IMG/VR virus record: IMGVR_UViG_3300037067_012456 | Location: 40,535 to 104,534 of that record | DNA from: a virus | Lineage: Duplodnaviria > Caudoviricetes | DNA length: 64,000 nucleotides | Reading direction: 5' to 3' (one strand) | In this document: piece by piece, positions 1 to 10,100 of the stretch | How positions within the stretch are numbered: the stretch's first letter is position 1 | How the letters are laid out: every line of letters begins with the position of its first letter | Translations under genes and position numbers: made by a program | Notes under the pieces: model-generated | Database searches by the model: none | Told to the model about the DNA's origin: nothing | The model's input: the letters and a program-made list of their open reading frames with translations, nothing else

Positions 1-126
1 AGTAAAAAATCCCATAAGAGCTTTATAAATATAAGATTTAATATATGGGTGTATTTTATTATTTTCCCAAATTTCTGGACATAGAATAGTCCGTTGATAA
101 TCTAAAATAGAGGATTGTTTATTCAT
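1..126 (-). CDS. 5' part of a gene running off the window (MNKQSSILDYQRTILCPEIWENNKIHP...), possibly a phage nucleotidyltransferase
   Basis: ATG at 126 overlaps the stop of the upstream gene; frame open to base 1; product guess from N-terminal resemblance only. Confidence 0.45.
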   Translation of the reverse strand, partial: MNKQSSILDYQRTILCPEIWENNKIHPYIKSYIYKALMGFFT

Positions 127-385
127 CATCGTCTGAATTTTTGTAATCTTGAATGATATTTGTAAGTTTTTCTGTTTTCTTTAGTAGTAGAATAGATTGA
201 TCATGAGATATATTTATATTAGCAAACCATTCATCACTTGTATACATTATTTCAACTATTGCATCACGGATTTCATTTAAGAAAAAAACCAAATTTCTAT
301 CTTTATTCATACGATCAATTTGTTCTAATTGACCAATTGAATATTCACATTTTTGACGAATAATATTTTCAAATAATTGTGTCAT
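119..385 (-). CDS. hypothetical protein
   Basis: ORF track; overlapping starts and stops with neighbours. Confidence 0.7.
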   Translation of the reverse strand: MTQLFENIIRQKCEYSIGQLEQIDRMNKDRNLVFFLNEIRDAIVEIMYTSDEWFANINISHDQSILLLKKTEKLTNIIQDYKNSDDDE

Positions 386-786
386 TAATCTATATCACCA
401 TAAGGTTCTGAAGTTGTGTGTACTTTAGTAAAATCACCTTCTTTTAATTTAAATACACTTTCTTTTGATAGCAACTGTGATCCACCAGTATCCCATTTAA
501 CTAAAATGGTATCACCATCATTTTTAATTCCTTTTACTGTTCCCTCACGACCAGTCATTCTTGATCTGACACTATTACCAATAGCGATATCTTCTTCTTT
601 AATAAAAGTAGAAATTAGATCTTCTCTTGCAGCTTTCTTAAATGTATTTTTAATAGCAGTTGTACTATATTTATATCCATAAGTAGCAAACCAATCTGCT
701 AATTTATCCATTTCAAAATTTCTTTCTAACATTCTATATAATGTATCTATATAATCTTGTTTACTTTCTTTATTAATTGGTCTCAT
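385..786 (-). CDS. hypothetical protein with C-terminal SH3/KOW-like beta-barrel
   Basis: IGNSVRS...GREGTV...ILVKWDTG pattern; GAGG RBS. Confidence 0.6.
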   Translation of the reverse strand: MRPINKESKQDYIDTLYRMLERNFEMDKLADWFATYGYKYSTTAIKNTFKKAAREDLISTFIKEEDIAIGNSVRSRMTGREGTVKGIKNDGDTILVKWDTGGSQLLSKESVFKLKEGDFTKVHTTSEPYGDID

Positions 787-795
787 TTTTTACCT

Positions 796-1464
796 CTATG
801 TTTCTATTAAAATTGGAGTATCTTGATTCATTTTATCTATTATTAAATATTTTAAATTAGCTCTTTTTTCATCTTGTCCTAATGAGTATTCTGCTGGTAA
901 GTCATTACTTCTTGTAAATTTTCCACCAAAACAAAATTTTATTGCTGTATCTCCAGATTTAAATTCAAATTCATACCATGATTTTTTATCAGGATTATCA
1001 AATAAATAAAATCTACTATCTTTATCATAATCTCCTATATTATAAAACACATCAGGAGATTGTTCTTCTAATTTTTTATTTGGCTCTGCTCCAGAATTAA
1101 CTATATAAATTTTATTTGTAGCTTTAATAACAAGAGGTAATTCTTCCAAATATTGCTTAATGGCATATTGATTTTCTGCAGTTTTAAACCATTGAGGAGT
1201 ATTATTAATATTTTTATTAATTAAATTAAATTCATTTTTACCTTTAACAGAATAAGTATTATGATTATTCATAATAAAATAAAGACATTCTAATGATAAA
1301 TCTATATTTTCATCAATTATATTACCTGTAGCAATTAATGTATCATTTTTATTAAAATTTTGTTCATAAAGAGCATCAATTAATAATTCATAATTGCCAC
1401 AAATATCACCAAATATGAAATATCTATCTGTTTTTAAATTTGATAAATCTAAAACAAAATCCAT
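796..1464 (-). CDS. calcineurin-like metallophosphoesterase fold with degenerate metal ligands
   Basis: GDICG / GNIID / GKNE / VNSG / FGGK in the positions of GDIHG / GDLID / GNHE / VHAG / FGH. Confidence 0.75.
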   Translation of the reverse strand: MDFVLDLSNLKTDRYFIFGDICGNYELLIDALYEQNFNKNDTLIATGNIIDENIDLSLECLYFIMNNHNTYSVKGKNEFNLINKNINNTPQWFKTAENQYAIKQYLEELPLVIKATNKIYIVNSGAEPNKKLEEQSPDVFYNIGDYDKDSRFYLFDNPDKKSWYEFEFKSGDTAIKFCFGGKFTRSNDLPAEYSLGQDEKRANLKYLIIDKMNQDTPILIET

Positions 1465-1522
1465 TAAATTATATACCTTTTATATAAAAATGAGTAATTT
1501 TCTTACTTTGTTAAGTAAATAA

Positions 1523-1783
1523 TTATACTTTTTCATATAAAACAAAATTGTTATTTTTTGTTAAAAAGAAATTGTATAAGTACCGTTTCCTTATAAGAAT
1601 AGCACCAAAACCATATGGACATCTAAAATGAACAAAATTGCCTTTATCGTCATTTATTTCATAATCAAAAGTAAAATATTCTTCCTCATTTTTCATTTTA
1701 AGAATATCTCCGCTAGATAATTCTTGCATAGATTTAGATTTAAGTATTTCTTGTAATTTAAATAATTTCATGATATTATCCAT
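1523..1783 (-). CDS. hypothetical protein
   Basis: ORF track; overlaps the upstream stop. Confidence 0.6.
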   Translation of the reverse strand: MDNIMKLFKLQEILKSKSMQELSSGDILKMKNEEEYFTFDYEINDDKGNFVHFRCPYGFGAILIRKRYLYNFFLTKNNNFVLYEKV

Positions 1784-2561
1784 TATTTATAAATCTTTTT
1801 GGAAGACCAGATTTTCCCTTTTGTATTAATTTACCAAATAATATCATTCCTTTCGGAGTCATATGAACTCCATCAGAATTCATATCTGATTTAGGCAAAA
1901 TATGATTTTTTTCTATAAAATTTTTAATAAGAGGTAAAAATACTGAATTTGAATCATTCAATACCCATTTAATAAGATTAGTATCATAGGCAGTAAAATT
2001 TAATATGGCATAAGATATTAAAGTTGCTGGTAAACCATATAAAATTATTCGTGCTTGTGGATATAATTCTCTAATTCGATTCAATAAAATTATACATTGT
2101 TCATTAACAGAATTAATCTCTTGATGAACAAGAATTGCATTTCCATTAGGAGTTCCAATAACAATATTTTTAGGAATATAATTATATTGTTTAAAAAGAG
2201 GTTCTAAATCATTTACCAATTGTAGCATATGATGAGACCAGGCACCACCCAAAGCATGATTCATTTTAGGTTTTATACTATCTATTCTATCTCTACATTG
2301 AGCTAAAATAGAATCTCCAATACCCCAAGTTTTATCATTATCATTAGCCATATCTTTTTTAGCATAGCTAATAAAATTATTTTTACAGGTATTTAAATGA
2401 TTAGTATAATTTGGATGTGGTATATATGGACCAATTTGAGGAGTTGGAATTTTAGACCACAAAGCTATATCCATTTCTCGTATTTTATCTTTTTGAGATT
2501 GATATTTTTTTGCATAATATAAAGTTTCTATTTCTGCTATTATTCTAGAAAATAATCCCAT
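1776..2561 (-). CDS. SGNH/GDSL hydrolase (esterase)
   Basis: GIGDSI block I, GTPNGN block III, DGVH block V; GGAG RBS. Confidence 0.8.
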   Translation of the reverse strand: MGLFSRIIAEIETLYYAKKYQSQKDKIREMDIALWSKIPTPQIGPYIPHPNYTNHLNTCKNNFISYAKKDMANDNDKTWGIGDSILAQCRDRIDSIKPKMNHALGGAWSHHMLQLVNDLEPLFKQYNYIPKNIVIGTPNGNAILVHQEINSVNEQCIILLNRIRELYPQARIILYGLPATLISYAILNFTAYDTNLIKWVLNDSNSVFLPLIKNFIEKNHILPKSDMNSDGVHMTPKGMILFGKLIQKGKSGLPKRFINNG

Positions 2562-2571
2562 TTTTATCTCC

Positions 2572-2793
2572 TTATTTTATTGAATATTTGCAATAATCAA
2601 CTATTTCATTAAATTTATCTATATCAGCTTTACTATCACCGGTCATTTGAAATTCTAACATTTTAGAATTTATACATATTTCAAATTGTGCTTTAACTTC
2701 TGCATACGTTTTTTTAGTACAACTTTTATAAGAAAATACTGATACCAAGATAAAAACTATAATACCTATAAATATAGGAGATTTTGAACTCAT
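2572..2793 (-). CDS. small membrane protein
   Basis: N-terminal hydrophobic helix IFIGIIVFILVSVF; GAGG RBS. Confidence 0.65.
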   Translation of the reverse strand: MSSKSPIFIGIIVFILVSVFSYKSCTKKTYAEVKAQFEICINSKMLEFQMTGDSKADIDKFNEIVDYCKYSIK

Positions 2794-2812
2794 ACTATCC
2801 TCTCTTTTTTAA

Positions 2813-3004
2813 TTAAATATTTTCTGATTTATCTAATGGACAAAAAGATGGAAATCCATCTTTTTTTATTGATTTTATATATTTTATTTTATATTTACTA
2901 TCATGAAATTTTGGATGTTTACAAATTTTTACTTCTTCCCAATTATCTATTGTGTAATAACCACATATAGTATCACATCTAAATAATTCTAATATCCTTG
3001 GCAT
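2813..3004 (-). CDS. small Cys-rich hypothetical protein
   Basis: CxxxC..C..FPSFCPL pattern; GAGG RBS. Confidence 0.65.
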   Translation of the reverse strand: MPRILELFRCDTICGYYTIDNWEEVKICKHPKFHDSKYKIKYIKSIKKDGFPSFCPLDKSENI

Positions 3005-3144
3005 ATATACCTCTATAAAATAATATAGTTATTTATACTATATTGAAGAGTAAAAAATTATTAATTTTTCATTCTTCAATATTTTTTACATAAACAGTTA
3101 AACCACATACACTACAAACTAAAATATGTGCATCTTCTATTTGT

Positions 3145-5067
3145 TCATTTTAATAAATTAATAATTGTATCTTTTTCTAATGATTCTGGTGATAAATCAA
3201 TATCACATTCTAATTTATCATCAACTTTTATAGCTCCTGCTTTAAATATCAAATCGTTTAAAGTAATCATATTAGTTAATGAATTAATTAGATATTTTCT
3301 ACTATATTCTGTATATTCATTAACAGATGAAGTAATATTATTTCCTAAATATGATTCATTAAAATAAAATTTACATTCATTTGTTGTTACAACTACTAAA
3401 CCTATAGTTTTCTGTTTTTGATCTATTTTAGAAGAAGCTATAGCTAATACATTATTAGGATCTACTAAACAATTTTTATTAAAAGGACCTGGAGCTTTTA
3501 ATCCTACCATTATTTTAAATGGTACTTCTTGATCCATATATCCTTTAGAAAACGTAAAATTATTCAATTGTACTAAATAGGATGATTTTATTTGTTTATG
3601 TATATAAAATAATTCTGTAGCTCCATCTGGTTTAGGAGCAGTAGTCATATCTCCAGAAAATAATATATTACTATTGCTAGTCCTATAAGCTCCATCCCAT
3701 CCTATTTTACCTTCATTTATATTTAACATAGATAAATCTAAGTCAATTCTATCATCATTAGTATTTTCCCAATGCACACCAAAAATCATATCTTTTGGTG
3801 TGGATATACAAGTACCAGAAGGAAAATATCCAGTAAATCTTTTTTCAGTAGATGGTAATGTATATGTTATATAATTAGGAATATATACTTTTTTACCTTC
3901 AACATTGACTTTTAGATCTTGTATAATTGAATCTAGAACTATATTAAGAATCAATTTAGCATTGTTTTGATCTTCAAAAGAAAATTTTGTAGAAAATGCT
4001 TTATCATTTCTAATAGTATATTGAATAGAATCAAAATTTTTAGTTCTATATTGAAGAGCATATGCTAAACGAATCTTTCTAAAAATATTCGCTTTTGATA
4101 GTTCTTGTTTTAGAGTAGCTATCTTAATACCTTCGTTATTTTTTATTTTTGAAGTAATTTCATTTAAATAATCTATTGGCATTGGTTTATGATATGTATT
4201 AGCAAGTCTTCTAATTTTATTTATAATTGGATTTAAATCTACTTCTCTATTACGAAATGCTAAAAATAATGGTTTAAATCTATAAAAAATTTCTGCTAAT
4301 TTATCTAAACCATTTTCTTTGTTATATCTATTAAATAATTTATAAATATCATAATTAACTGTAATAGCTTGAATTGTTGTTTTATTTTTAATAAGTAAAC
4401 TTTTTCCTGTACTTTTAAAGATAACATATCTTAAAAATTCAACAGGTTCATTAGGAATAATATTAAGAGCATCATATAATCTAATTTTTACTTCTTTATT
4501 TTTAATTAAATTAATATTAATACTATATTCAGGATTTTCAACAATAGATACAATATCTTTCATTGTATCTTCATTTAAAGCAATACCAGATTGTAAAATA
4601 TCAAGAATTTTATCTTTTAATTCCTCTACAGTATATCCTTTAATAATTGTAAAAATAAATTTATCTATACCTATTTTTTTAAAAATGTTATTATATTCAA
4701 TTTTCGGAATAACTAATTTTTCAGCAGGAATATAAACATAATTTTCATTATAAGCACCCAAAGACTCAAATCCATATGTAGTTAGATAATGAATAAATTG
4801 TTCCATTACGAGTTGATCTATAGAGGCTTCTTTAATCTTTTTCCAAGATTTGTGGAAAGAAGCATTCATTTGTTGAGGAGTTAAACCAAGATCTTTATTT
4901 ATTATATTAATAATACTATTTAATTCTTCTTCTGAATAATTGTACATAACTTCAGGAGAAAAAATAAAACCATATTGTATGGTTTTATTAATTAGAGAAG
5001 AATTAATTTTCTTTCTTTTTGTTTTAATAGGAAGAGCTTTAAAAAGACGTAATGTTTGTTTTTTCAT
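3145..5067 (-). CDS. 640-aa protein with helical, basic N-terminal region and C-terminal TerD-like domain
   Basis: GVHW...RIDLDLS...FSGDMTTAP..GATE resembles TerD motifs; AAGGA RBS directly after the RNA-like array. Confidence 0.65.
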   Translation of the reverse strand: MKKQTLRLFKALPIKTKRKKINSSLINKTIQYGFIFSPEVMYNYSEEELNSIINIINKDLGLTPQQMNASFHKSWKKIKEASIDQLVMEQFIHYLTTYGFESLGAYNENYVYIPAEKLVIPKIEYNNIFKKIGIDKFIFTIIKGYTVEELKDKILDILQSGIALNEDTMKDIVSIVENPEYSININLIKNKEVKIRLYDALNIIPNEPVEFLRYVIFKSTGKSLLIKNKTTIQAITVNYDIYKLFNRYNKENGLDKLAEIFYRFKPLFLAFRNREVDLNPIINKIRRLANTYHKPMPIDYLNEITSKIKNNEGIKIATLKQELSKANIFRKIRLAYALQYRTKNFDSIQYTIRNDKAFSTKFSFEDQNNAKLILNIVLDSIIQDLKVNVEGKKVYIPNYITYTLPSTEKRFTGYFPSGTCISTPKDMIFGVHWENTNDDRIDLDLSMLNINEGKIGWDGAYRTSNSNILFSGDMTTAPKPDGATELFYIHKQIKSSYLVQLNNFTFSKGYMDQEVPFKIMVGLKAPGPFNKNCLVDPNNVLAIASSKIDQKQKTIGLVVVTTNECKFYFNESYLGNNITSSVNEYTEYSRKYLINSLTNMITLNDLIFKAGAIKVDDKLECDIDLSPESLEKDTIINLLK

Positions 5068-5079
5068 ATTAATTTCCTT

Positions 5080-5260
5080 ATAAGGCGAGAGGTAAATTCA
5101 GTGTTATAGAGTTATAAATAGGAACCTCTTATGCCTTATTATTTTAAATGGCGAAAAGTAAATACATAAATGGTTTGTTTAATAGGAACTTTTTATGCCA
5201 TTTTTAAAGCGGGTGGTAGATCACCTATAGATTTTTTTAATAGGAACCACCTTTGCTTTA
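5080..5260 (-). ncRNA. array of three tandem structured RNA units (5205-5260, 5146-5203, 5080-5139)
   Basis: Each unit on the minus strand: 6-7 bp stem, A(T/A)A/C internal loop, 6 bp stem with compensatory changes (GGTGGT/ACCACC, AAAAGT/ACTTTT, AGAGGT/ACCTCT), then TCCTATT + 18-20 nt variable + TYT. Confidence 0.8.
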
Positions 5261-5263
5261 TAT

Positions 5264-5294
5264 ATTATATAATATATTTATTCAAATTTGTCAA
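5264..5294 (-). promoter_or_regulatory. sigma70-like promoter driving the array and the 640-aa gene
   Basis: TTGACA at 5294-5289; TATATA at 17 nt spacing, TATAAT at 19 nt; start site falls near 5260. Confidence 0.6.
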
Positions 5295-5301
5295 GAAAAT
5301 A

Positions 5302-5601
5302 TTATAAAGTTTCTGAATCTATTTCAAAATCTTCTTCTGGCACATCTGAATCAAAGTTATCAAAGTCTATATCAAGATCTTTAAATATAATATTTTCATC
5401 ATCAGCATATGCTCCAAGACCATTAAGTATAGTTTCTTTAGTAAAACTCATACCCAACATAGCTCTAACAAAAACATTTATAAATTCATATACATTAGAA
5501 GAAGAGTCAAAAGAACTATCTGATATAAGACTTACATTTTCATTATTTGCTTCATTATTCTCAATAAAAGGATTTGTTGCTTCAATACTAATTGTTAACA
5601 T
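5302..5601 (-). CDS. acidic hypothetical protein
   Basis: AGGAG RBS; acidic C-terminus. Confidence 0.7.
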   Translation of the reverse strand: MLTISIEATNPFIENNEANNENVSLISDSSFDSSSNVYEFINVFVRAMLGMSFTKETILNGLGAYADDENIIFKDLDIDFDNFDSDVPEEDFEIDSETL

Positions 5602-5621
5602 TATATTCTCCTATTTTTATA

Positions 5622-5885
5622 TTAATTTTCCATACTTAATTTTTTTCTATAAAATTTTATTTCTTCTTTAATTCTATCAGATTTTATCCAAGGATTATAA
5701 TTAATTTCTCCAGGAATAAGCATATTTACACATTTTTCCCAAAAAACAGCATTAGCTAAACATTGTATTTCTTCACCAGGCCAACCTTCAATAATTTTAT
5801 CATTTATTGCTACGGTTGCTATTTTTTTATTATCTTTCTTAATATCAATCTTCATCTTTAAACACTTTATTATATGATAAATCAT
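5622..5885 (-). CDS. hypothetical protein (true start probably the internal MKIDIKK)
   Basis: ORF track; operon context. Confidence 0.55.
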   Translation of the reverse strand: MIYHIIKCLKMKIDIKKDNKKIATVAINDKIIEGWPGEEIQCLANAVFWEKCVNMLIPGEINYNPWIKSDRIKEEIKFYRKKLSMEN

Positions 5886-6048
5886 TAAGAATTTGCTCTC
5901 CCGCAGAAATAAATAAATCTACATTATCAGAGAGTTCTGGTTGTATTTGATTTTTATTTCTTTCTGTAAGACTTTCAATTTCAGCCATCATTGCTTTCAT
6001 AATCCACATGAGAGCTTTTTTAATAGTTATAAGATCTTTATCTGTCAT
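5845..6048 (-). CDS. hypothetical protein
   Basis: ORF track. Confidence 0.6.
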   Translation of the reverse strand: MTDKDLITIKKALMWIMKAMMAEIESLTERNKNQIQPELSDNVDLFISAGEQILNDLSYNKVFKDED

Positions 6049-6071
6049 AGTATATATTATTATATCCTTAA

Positions 6072-6281
6072 TTATATATCTCTATAATCTTTAAAATTTT
6101 TTCCAAGAAATTCTAATATTTTAGTTCTATAAGTATCTATTTCTTCTTTTGTAGAAAGCCAAATACGGTATCCTTCTATTTCTTTTGTATAAAAGAGTTT
6201 ATTAAAAATTTCTATAGCTTTATCAATAGCAGCATCATTTGTTTCTTCATTTAAAGCAATTGCTAAGTGAATTGTTCTCAT
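6072..6281 (-). CDS. hypothetical protein
   Basis: ATGA overlap with the upstream gene. Confidence 0.65.
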   Translation of the reverse strand: MRTIHLAIALNEETNDAAIDKAIEIFNKLFYTKEIEGYRIWLSTKEEIDTYRTKILEFLGKNFKDYRDI

Positions 6282-6829
6282 TTTGCTGTTCCTTTTAATA
6301 TTTTATTATAAAAAACTAAAATTTCTTCCATTGATACTGGTCTATAATTCCAAACATCAACCCCAACATTTATAATAGGAATATTAACAATTTTAGGATC
6401 TTCGGTATTATATTGAAATTTCCAAAGATTATGTATATGACCACATAATGCAAAATCACAAAACTCTGGTACTTCTGGTCGCATCATTGGAGGTCTATGT
6501 TGAGCAAAAACTTGATATCCACCAAATTCTAATAAAGCAGCCATTAAAATAGATTTAACTCCATTATTAATATCATGATTTCCTGTTATATGGATAATCT
6601 TTCCATTTAATTTCTTTTCCCAATAATGTGCTTTATTATTTCCTCCTTCTTTTCCTCCACGAAAGCACCAATCTCCTAAATTATATACAATATCATCTGG
6701 TTTAACTCTTTGATTCCAATTATTTATTAATTTACTATTCATATCATCCACATTTTTAAATGGACGATTACAAAATTTAATTATTGATGCGTGTGCAAAG
6801 TGAGTGTCTGCACAAAAGAAGGTTTTCAT
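6278..6829 (-). CDS. calcineurin-like metallophosphoesterase (intact)
   Basis: DTHFAH, LGD, GNHD, H and GHIH motifs. Confidence 0.9.
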   Translation of the reverse strand: MKTFFCADTHFAHASIIKFCNRPFKNVDDMNSKLINNWNQRVKPDDIVYNLGDWCFRGGKEGGNNKAHYWEKKLNGKIIHITGNHDINNGVKSILMAALLEFGGYQVFAQHRPPMMRPEVPEFCDFALCGHIHNLWKFQYNTEDPKIVNIPIINVGVDVWNYRPVSMEEILVFYNKILKGTAK

Positions 6830-6833
6830 ATCA

Positions 6834-7142
6834 TTACCATGTTTTAGTTTTTTTAATTACTTCTAAAAAATGTTTCAAAGTATCTTCAGTTTTATATTCT
6901 TGATTAATACCATCTATATAATATAAAGTATCTGTTTTTCCAATACCTATTCCTTCATGAGTTTTATGTACAATAACTTCTTTTTGAACACCAAGTTTTT
7001 TATCTCTATAAGTTGTAATCCACTTTGTTTCTTGAGATTCAAATGCTGTTTTTTTCCATTCAATCATTCTTTTACACACAAAAAAGGTATTATATACACA
7101 TCTATTTAATGACATAATACCTATAATAAATTTAAATGTCAA
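6834..7142 (-). CDS. hypothetical protein (start uncertain)
   Basis: ORF track. Confidence 0.5.
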   Translation of the reverse strand: MTFKFIIGIMSLNRCVYNTFFVCKRMIEWKKTAFESQETKWITTYRDKKLGVQKEVIVHKTHEGIGIGKTDTLYYIDGINQEYKTEDTLKHFLEVIKKTKTW

Positions 7143-7167
7143 TAAAAATTTTTATTAATTTAAAAAT

Positions 7168-10100
7168 TTATCCACATTTACTAAACCCACACTCCATATT
7201 AGAACATTTTACACACCCATCAAAATAGATCAATTTACTACCACATTGTTGACATTTACCAGCATCTTCACCATCAGATATATATTTTTTTAATGTTCTA
7301 GCAATAACTTTAGCAAAATGAGTAATACCACCCTCACTTTTATTTAAAGTTTCAACAATAAATTTCAAAGGTATTCCATGACGTAATTCTAATGAAATTG
7401 ATCTAGCAAAAGCATCATGTTCTTTATTTGCAAATGTTTTCATTATATTATTAACTATTATTTCATCATCAAATTTAAAGGAATAATGACTTGATTTCTG
7501 TTTTACAATAAATCCTTCAGTTATATTTTTAGGAATATTCACATCTTCAACTGCTCCAGCAAATACTTCAAATGGTTTATTTTCATATAATCCTACAAAT
7601 GCAATCCACATTTTACCTTGATATACAACTCGGTGAATCTCACATGGAAGTTCTTTGGGTCGTTTTGGAGCATTTCTTAGTGTTTTATTATCATTATTAT
7701 GTGTTAATATACCTTCACGACATCCATCTCTATAACAAGTAACCCCGATAATACCTCTTTTATTTGCTTCTAAAAACACTTGTGACACTTCTTCTGGTGA
7801 AATATTTGATGGCATATTTATTGTATTATGAGAAATAATATTATTTATTAAATAACTGTTTGTATCTTCGACTTCTATATCATAAACTTCATTTTCATTA
7901 TTTTCTATTTTTTTTATTTTTATTAAATAAAGATCTTTATCAAAATTTGGAAAAAAGTCTAATAAAATTCTATTATTAGTTCTAAGTGGATTCTCATTTT
8001 TTTGTTGTATATTAAAAGTTTTATGTGAATGTGTATATTTTTCTATATTAGTTGAAACAATATCACATATTTTTATATTTTTCAATTCTTTTGGAAATGG
8101 AATTAAATTATATCCAGCAATTTTAATTTGTTTGTGTTTTTCAATTGGAGTAAAAAAAGATTCATTAATAGATACTCCATAAGTATATTTTGAAATTCTT
8201 CCATTTTTTACATATTTTTTCATTTTATATGGTTTTAAACCAAGTTCACAACATATAGAAAAAATAGAATCAACTAAAGTTTTTGAATATCCTTCGTATA
8301 GTACTAATGTATTTCTTTTTATATATCCATCCAAAGATAATCCATTAATAAAATTAATTTTTTCTTCTTTTGATCCATATAAAATTTCTTTTGGTATTGT
8401 TTTATCAAGACAACCATTTCCAATTAAATTTTTTATATATCTCATTAATTTTCTTGAAGTAATATATACAGATCTTGTATTTTTTGTTCTTTTATCTTTT
8501 ATTGTATTAACTTTTTTACATTTAAATAATTTGAAACATAATTGAGTAAAAATATTTTCAACTAAATCATCTGCAGTTGTAATACCAACATGTCCTGTAC
8601 TTTCAACTAATGAGCCATCTGAAACAATCATACCCAAAAATAATGCCAAATCTTCTGACATTATATTAGGTAAACAAATATCATTAGAATTTGATTTGTT
8701 AGTAAAATCTACACATAAAGATTGTTTACCTATAAACTCTTCTGAATAATCTCTACTTCTACAATAAATATAATCATTTTCTTTTAAATTTTTTGATTCT
8801 ATCCATCCATTTTTTGTATATAATTTATGTGTTTCAGAACATTCAAGAATATCACCATTATCAAAATATATTATTTTTGTTGGTTTTATACCACCAGAAT
8901 AATGTTTTTTTATTTTCTTCCAATCACCATTAATATCTCTAACTTTCAAATCTTTAGCTTTTCCAAAAACATCATTACCACTAGCATCTCCCAATTCTTC
9001 TATAGAGAATATTCCTTTATTAGTTTGTATCTTTGTTCCTTTAGCAACACATTTACTTACACTAAGAGATACATTATTTGCTACAGATTCTAAAATATCT
9101 AGATGTTCCATTGGTTTCAGATCACCCGCAGTTACAAAGACTTTTCTCATTTCTTCTGGAATATCTTTACAAGTTTGACAAGATCCATTATTTTCTGATA
9201 CTTCTTTCATTATTTTAGTTTTTATTTCAGCAGAAAAATTTTCATTTAAATATTCTTCAAATATAGGATCTGATAGATATACTGTTTCATATTCTTTATT
9301 CAATTTTTCTATTTTTCTAGAATATACTAAACCGAATACCGGTTCAATTCCACTAGATACGTCAGCTATAAAACTAATTGTTCCTGTAGGAGCTTGGCTA
9401 GTAAAACAACTGTTTCTTATACCATGTTTTTTAATATCTTTTTTTAATTGATCTATATCAATATCTCTACAATTTTTAGTAAAAAACCTCTCATTAGCTT
9501 TCATAAATAGATTATAATTAAATGCAGGATAAGCACCAACTTCTGCTGGATTTGCAAGACATTCCCATTTTTTGTCTCTTTCTATTTGTTCCTTTCTATA
9601 TTCTTTTGACAATTCTATAGATTCTTTCATTGAAATTAATGTAAAATATCTAAATAGTTCTTCTGTGAACTTTATGGCTTTTTCTGAATTATATGGTATT
9701 TTTTTCTTAAAAAGAATGTGAGCTAATCCCATTGTACCCAATCCAATGGGTCGTGTATCAAGAGTTATTTTCTTTATTTTTGATAGAGGATATATATTAA
9801 TATCTATGGCATTATCAATAAATCTAGTTGATTCTTTTATTAATTCAGTAAATCGTTCCCAATTAAATTTAGATCCATCAAGCATTTTAATTAAATTTAT
9901 TGAGCCTAAATTGCACGATTGATAAGGAATTCCTGTAAATTCGCTGCAAGGATTACAAATAACTTGATCATTTAAATTTGTTACAGTACATCTATCGTGT
10001 GCTATTGTTTCATTAAATATACCTGGTTCAGCACATTTCCATGCTTGTTTAATAATGAGATCCCAAACTTCTTTAGTAGTATATGTTTTTCCTGTTTTAT

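Noticed and set aside
5080-5260. CRISPR array, TIGR array or stacked terminators as the explanation of the repeats
   Set aside because: Repeats are not sequence-identical and no cas gene is present. No consistent box C/D motifs or recognisable Nop-domain gene. Loops of 28-30 nt and the lack of long U-tracts do not fit intrinsic terminators.
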